DNA from: Bugula neritina
Lineage: Eukaryota > Animalia > Bryozoa
Length of the DNA stretch: 64,000 nucleotides
Reading direction: 5' to 3'
Assembly: GCA_964035545.1 (NCBI GenBank)
Contig: OZ037769.1
Location: 14,414,633-14,478,632 of the forward strand
This document shows, piece by piece, positions 58,313 to 64,000 of the stretch. The notes beneath the pieces were generated by a model. That model did no database searches, was not told where the DNA came from, and saw only the letters and a list, made by a program, of their open reading frames with translations. The position numbers and the translations under genes were made by a program. The first letter of the stretch is position 1. The number at the start of each line of letters is the position of its first letter.

Positions 58313-61300
58313 CTACTGCTTAGAAACACGTCTACTCCTGACTGCATCAGCGTATGAAAAGATCGAGCAACGTGGTTGGGGTGCGTGATCAAGACTTTGT
58401 GCACCCGACGGATGAATTTTGTTTCTATTTCCGCCGATACAAAAGTTGATATTTCCGTGGTGTTGACAACTCCCACATTTGCTCGATTCTTTTCTCGTAC
58501 GGTTTTCCCCTAGACTTTCATGTGTGCCGCTTTTAACGCAGTCACATACGAAGTCCTTCAAGTATGCGGGGGGTTGCCTCGTACGCTGTCCCCTTTCTAG
58601 GGGGGGTGACACGCTTGCCGGTTCGTTAGTAGGGGCCTCTAATGGTGTCTCTACTTCACCGTCAGCGGTCACTTCTTCTTGTTCTCCGGATGGAGCCCCT
58701 CCCTCCGTGGGGGTTTGCACTTCCGGAACCGGCTCGGTTTCTGGAAGTGATGGAATTAGACTTGGCGGTGGCGGACACGCTTCTGTTGACAAAAGCTGCC
58801 GCTCCTCCCTCACCATGTTTTCTTCCCGCGGTATGACCACTTCGTATTCAGGTCCATGCCGCCGTCGCCCGCGCGTTGTTGTTTGCCTCCTGGGCTCTAA
58901 CAACGGGGGGGGGGGGGGGCTTCTCCCACTCCGCCGGGGCTAGCCCAATACAGTTTCAAGCGAGACTCATTCTGGATAGACACCTGTCCTGAGCGCTCAA
59001 TCTTGTACGTATGATTGGGCATAGCCTCGACGACCACGTAGGGGCCTACAAACTTAGGCTTCAGCTTATCAGCCTGTCCGCGGCGCCTACGGTAATTGAC
59101 CATCCACACCTTATCTCCCCTTTGATAGAGAGGGGGTTCATCGGAATCTTCGTGCCGCACCATCCACTGCTGTTGGCGCAGTATATCGTGTGCGGCCTTC
59201 ATCCGTTCCACTAGTTCACTGGCATACTCGTGGACTGAGTTATCTTGCTCTGGAACGTGATAGGTGAGATGGTCAGGGACACGAGTCTCTCTCCCGAGCA
59301 TCAAGAGGTTTGGGGTCTCACCAGTACTGGTGTGTGGGGTGCTACGGTATGCACGCATGACTTGGGGCAACACCGTATCCCATTCCTCTTGACCTCGTCC
59401 AAGGAGGAGACTCCGGAGTGCATCACCTAGCATCCGGTTGTTGCGCTCCACCACCCCGTTACCTTGAGGGTGGTAGGGGGTGGTCCTGCTCTGATTTACT
59501 CCCCAGAGGCGGCAAAGGTCGCTCATCAGTTGAGACTGGAATTGAGCGCCTTGATCAGAGTGTATCTGTTCAGGGAGCCCAAAATAACAGAATACATGTT
59601 GGTCTAGTGCCCTGGCCACTGTTGGGGCTGATGCATCTGGGATAGCCAGAGCATCCGCCCACCTAGTAAAGTGGTCGGTTAGTACTAGGATCCAATTATT
59701 GCCTCTGGGGGTCAGGGGCATGGGTCCGACCAGGTCTACAGCGACTACTTGCCAGGGCCTACCAGCGTATAGCCTCCGCCGTCCTGCTTCACCAGGGGGG
59801 CGGCTATGCTTACTGGCCTGGCAGATCTCACACTGTTTGACTCTGAGCCGGACATCACGCTCCATTTGTGGCCAATACCACCGAAGTCGTAATTTGGACA
59901 TCACTCGCTTGACCCCTGCGTGGGCCTGCTTGTGAGTATCCCAAATCAACTCACGGCGGATGGCTGTGGGGCAGACTACCCTCTTCCTTTCCGGGTATCT
60001 GCCGCTGGCAGCTAGAGAGATGGTTAGCAACCCATCCTGCCCGATCCGCAGCGAGTCTCAACGCTGACAGTATAGCCGGAACTCGGCGCATCCCTGTCGT
60101 ATGCGTTCCTCGCTGGGTCGTCGCCCTTCCCTTTTGGCCCGGTATATGTCTGCCACGACTCCAGGCAGCTCTTCTTGGAGCTTCTTCAGCTCTCGAACAT
60201 TACCGGCCAGTACAGGGTTGGCGCGGAGGTTTTGTACATCCTCCGGGGACTCATCAACTCTTTGCCTGAGTTGACCTTGATCCCAGTCAAACGGTGCTCC
60301 GTGATGAGTCAGCGTCTCCAACTCGCATCGCGGGGGACCTCCATCCCTCCTCTCGATGTTGAGACACTGTTAACAACCTCCGTCAGGTCGGCGACTCAAC
60401 CCATCCGCATTGCTGTGTCTCTTGCCCGGTCGATGTTCGATCCGGTATGAGAATTCAGCTAGGATTTCGAGCCACCGGGCGACCTGACTAGAGGGCTCTG
60501 CTCTCCTGCACAACCAGATCAGCGAGGCATGATCCGTACGCAGCCGGAACTTCCTGCCATATAGGTATGGTCTGAAGTGCTTCACTGACTTGATTACTGC
60601 CAGCAGCTCCTTGCGGGTAGTGCAGTAATTTCGTTCAGCGGGTGAGAGAGACTTGCTGTAGTAGGCTACTACTACCTCTCGGCCTTCCTGCACTTGTGAC
60701 AGCACAGCGCCAACATTTTGGTCACTGGCGTCCGTGTCTAGGATGTACTCCAGAGTGGGGTCTGGGTAGGCCAAGATGGGCGCCGTTAGTAGGCAGCCCT
60801 TGAGGCGGTCGAACGCTTCTTGCTCGACTGGAGTCCACTGCCACGTCACTCCCTTTGCGGTGAGCCGGTTTAACGGCTGGGCTATGCCCGCAAAGTCTGG
60901 TATGTATTGCCTGTAATACCCTACCAGCCCCAAGAAAGCCCGGAGTCCGGTCAAGTCTTGGGGGGTGACCCAGTCTTCTACTGCCCGTACCTTTTCGGGA
61001 TCCGTTGCCACGCCGTTTCGACCGACGACGTGCCCCAGATACTTGACCTCCGGCTGCAATAGAGCGCACTTGGAAGGTTTGAGCTTAAGACCGGCACCTC
61101 GGAGTCTCTCGAAAACCTCCTGCAGACAACTGACATGTGTCTCGAAGTCTGGAGAGATTACGATGACATCATCGAGGTAGACCAGCAGTGTCTTCCAATG
61201 GAGTCCGCTAAGGACTTGTTCCATCAGCCTCTGGAAGGTGGCTGGGGCGGAGGTTAACCCGAAGGGCAGCACCTTCCACTTCCACAAACCGTCCCGTGTG

Positions 61301-62888
61301 ATAAACGCCGCTTTCTCTTGGGCGTCGGGACTCAGAGGAACCTGCCAATAGCCGCTTAGCAAGTCTAACGTACTGAAGTACTTGCTGCCGGCTAGGGCGT
61401 CCAATGACTCGTCAATACCAGGTAGAGGGTAGGCGTCCTGTATGGTTACGCTATTGAGTTTGCGGTAGTCCACACAGAACCGCCAACTACCGTCTTTCTT
61501 CCGGACCAGTACGACTGGCGAGCTCCACGCACTATGGGCGGGCTCTATCAGTCCCCGGTCCAGAAGATCCCGTACTTGTCGGCTAACCTCCTTCTCTTTC
61601 TCCGGCCCCAGCCTGCGTGTGGGCTGCCGGACAGGGACTGTCCCTGCAGTCAGCGGTATTTCGTGTCTGACAATTCCAGTCAGTCCCACGTCATGCTCTC
61701 CGCTGCTGAACACATCACCGTAGTCGCGTAGTAACTTAGCCATAGCTTGGCGTTCTCTGTTACTCGCGCAGCCGCCACTGGCTGTTTCGTACAACTCCCG
61801 GAGATGTGTTGGGACTGCCCCCCGTCCCTGAATAGGGCACTGAGGGGGTGCCTCCGTTGCATCACCCAGCGACGGGCCTACGTCTCCCTCCTGAACAGAG
61901 TGAAAACGGCCCAGCATCGACCCAGCCGGGAGCTTGATAGGCTCGGTAAAGGGGTTGACACACTGCACTAAGATCTCCCCTTGCTCAGTCAGCTGATTCA
62001 GACTGCTGGCAAGTTGGCAAGTGGCGCGCCTTCAACCACCCCGAGTCCAGAGATCCGGCTACTATTCACCCTGCAGTGAATGGTAGCCCGGGAGCGGCCT
62101 GGTATGATACGGTTGCGTACCACTTGCACACCTCCCACTAAAGGGCGGCCGAACTTGTCGATGCAGGCGAGTTCCCGCCCGGACATCATCATTGCAGATC
62201 TGCTAAAATCTATGTGACATCCGTGCCGTTTAAGGAACGGCATCCCGAGGATAGCATCCTCCTTGAGCTGACTGACGATGAACGTCTCTTGGATCGTTTG
62301 ATCACGGACTCGTCCCGTCAGCTCAATTATACCATAGAAGGGAAGGCACGACCCGTCAGCGAGGGTGCCGTATTCCCCTTCGTATGCTTCCATCTCGCCC
62401 CTGACCCTAGTACTGAGGGTGTCAAAGAGTTGGCGGCTTAAGAGGTTTGTGGTACAGCCCGAATCAATGAGGAAAGTAACAGCTTTGCCTTCCAGTTTAC
62501 CGGGCAAGAAATAGCTGTTCCCATGGGGCTGCGCCTGAACTCTCCCTTCAGGCCTTACTCTCGCAGGGAGTACCTCCCTCGCTTTGGGTCGCGAAGGAGG
62601 TCTCTTAGGGCGGTGGTAGGTAGGCCTCGGGGGTGCCGAGGCTAGATTCTCAGCTACCTTTGTGGGCTCCCATCCAGATTCTTGGACTTGTAGCCCTGTG
62701 AATCTGTTGTGAAGGGGCATAGAAAAGGCAGCTGCGGGGCGAAGCCCCTTGCTGGTCCGTCGTGGCTGTTGCCACTGTTGGTTGCCAGTACGCGGTACCC
62801 GTCTGGGTGACCTGCGTTTCTTCTTCCCTGGAGGTTTCATCGTCGGCCCGCGGAAGGTGGGAACATCTGCGGGCCGCGGTAGTTTAAC
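58313..62888 (-). pseudogene. pol: Disrupted pol of Gypsy copy 2
   Basis: Frameshifting indel near 62015-62025, stop at 60370, TGG>TGA at 60058, poly-G expansion frameshift at ~58904-58919. Confidence 0.9.
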
Positions 62889-63790
62889 CCCTGATTTAGG
62901 AAGGGACAATATCGGCGGAAATGTCCTTGATTTCCGCACTCCCAGCAAAAACTGACTGTTTCTCCCTGTGGCGGCGCCGATGGCCGCATGGGCTCAGGGG
63001 CGGTACTCACTGGGTTTTGTGGTATCAGTGTTGCTATCAGCTTGGCTAGCATGTCCGTCAGTTGAGTGACTTTTGATGCCGTCGCCAACTGGGACACGGC
63101 AGCCGCGGCGGGGGTTTCCTCCCCTTGTCCCGCGGCCGTCTCTGCGCGGTCTATCTCCACTTGGCGGGAGCTTCCGCGACTTTTATGCATTTGATTAGCT
63201 AGGAGGTAAGCTTCCCCCTCAGTCAGAGCATCTTCAACGGTGGTGACTCCCCTAGCTAAAAACTGGTGGTGGAGACCCAGATCGTCGACAGATGCTATGA
63301 AAGCGTCGAGGGTGTACCTCTCGCGGTTGACTGGGGGCAAGTCGCTGTACGCGATCTGTGCCAGCTTCATGACCGCGGCGGCATGCTCCCGCAGCGGGGT
63401 GCGGGGATCACGCCGCAACCTCTGCAATCGGGCCCTGGCATCTGTAGCAGAGAGGCCAAAGCGGGCCCGCAGAGAAGCAAAGATATTATCAATGTCTACG
63501 CCCAGCCCATAGGGCTTGGCTTTGTCCATCAATGCCATTCTAAGCTTCAGCAAGGCCACCCTAGGGGGCCACTGAGCGACGTCCATTACGTCGCTAAACT
63601 CTTGGATAAATTGTTCCACCTCCTTTTCACCCGTGAAGGTGGGCGCCTTTAACCTGTAGCGGTCCTCAGCTAGTTCTCGCGGAACCCTTCGCTCTTCTAC
63701 TACATGGTTAACAGGCATTGTCTCTACAGCATTGTCTCTACGCTCACCTTCGATTGCCGGTGGTTGAGTTCCAGCATTTTCAGTCTCCAT
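62837..63790 (-). CDS. gag: Gypsy gag, copy 2
   Basis: 317-aa ORF near-identical to 14580-15539. Confidence 0.9.
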   Translation of the reverse strand: METENAGTQPPAIEGERRDNAVETMPVNHVVEERRVPRELAEDRYRLKAPTFTGEKEVEQFIQEFSDVMDVAQWPPRVALLKLRMALMDKAKPYGLGVDIDNIFASLRARFGLSATDARARLQRLRRDPRTPLREHAAAVMKLAQIAYSDLPPVNRERYTLDAFIASVDDLGLHHQFLARGVTTVEDALTEGEAYLLANQMHKSRGSSRQVEIDRAETAAGQGEETPAAAAVSQLATASKVTQLTDMLAKLIATLIPQNPVSTAPEPMRPSAPPQGETVSFCWECGNQGHFRRYCPFLNQGLNYRGPQMFPPSAGRR

Positions 63791-64000
63791 CTTGGATGCA
63801 CTATCCCACCGCTGCCACCACTGTTATAATTTTCAGATTTAGGGTTGATGTGCTATCCAGAGAGTCTATTTATTTACTATAGAACTGCACCAGGATAAGT
63901 CGAGTGAACGAGTATATTTTACACACAATTATACATTATAAAAACGATACATTATTTCCAAACAAGTTACACATCTAATCTATTTCACACTCTAGCTTCG

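Larger units (their letters stand above)
56617..64000 (-). mobile_element. Gypsy LTR retrotransposon, copy 2 (same family; pol disrupted; 5' LTR runs off the window)
   Basis: 3' LTR 56617-56921; 5' LTR starts at 63822; PBS-Leu 63803-63820; collinear with copy 1. Confidence 0.96.

Noticed and set aside
56617-64000. Second Gypsy as an assembly or segmental duplicate of the first
   Set aside because: Different flanks, LTR pairs carry element-specific variants, and many internal substitutions.

Overview
AT-rich, intron-containing animal genomic DNA, probably invertebrate; the species cannot be assigned from sequence alone. Host genes: (1) two same-strand paralogues of leukotriene A4 hydrolase/M1 aminopeptidase (LTA4H), copy 1 cut by the window edge (132-5617) and copy 2 complete (25324-32099); (2) between them on the minus strand, a TRIM gene (RING, two B-boxes, coiled coil, beta-propeller; 18757-6981); (3) an ADAMTS16/18-like metalloprotease (34797-51519). 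Mobile DNA: two copies of one Gypsy/Ty3 LTR retrotransposon (8376-15876, intact and very young, inside a TRIM intron; 56617 to beyond 64000, pol disrupted), three solo-LTR-like elements, three tRNA-derived SINE copies, two LINE 3' fragments, a foldback MITE and many mini/microsatellites. Main highlights: (a) the Gypsy element carries, in the usual env position, an ATG-less ORF3 with clear in-frame splice signals that encodes a C2H2 zinc finger, Arg/Ser/Pro tract and coiled coil, and it looks to be under purifying selection; (b) a 50 x 30 bp minisatellite built from the TRIM exon/5'-splice-site junction, giving about 50 in-frame candidate donors; (c) a duplicated, probably mutually exclusive active-site exon in LTA4H copy 1, plus substrate-pocket substitutions in copy 2. 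Exon models and counts were read by eye and need RNA-seq or alignment confirmation.
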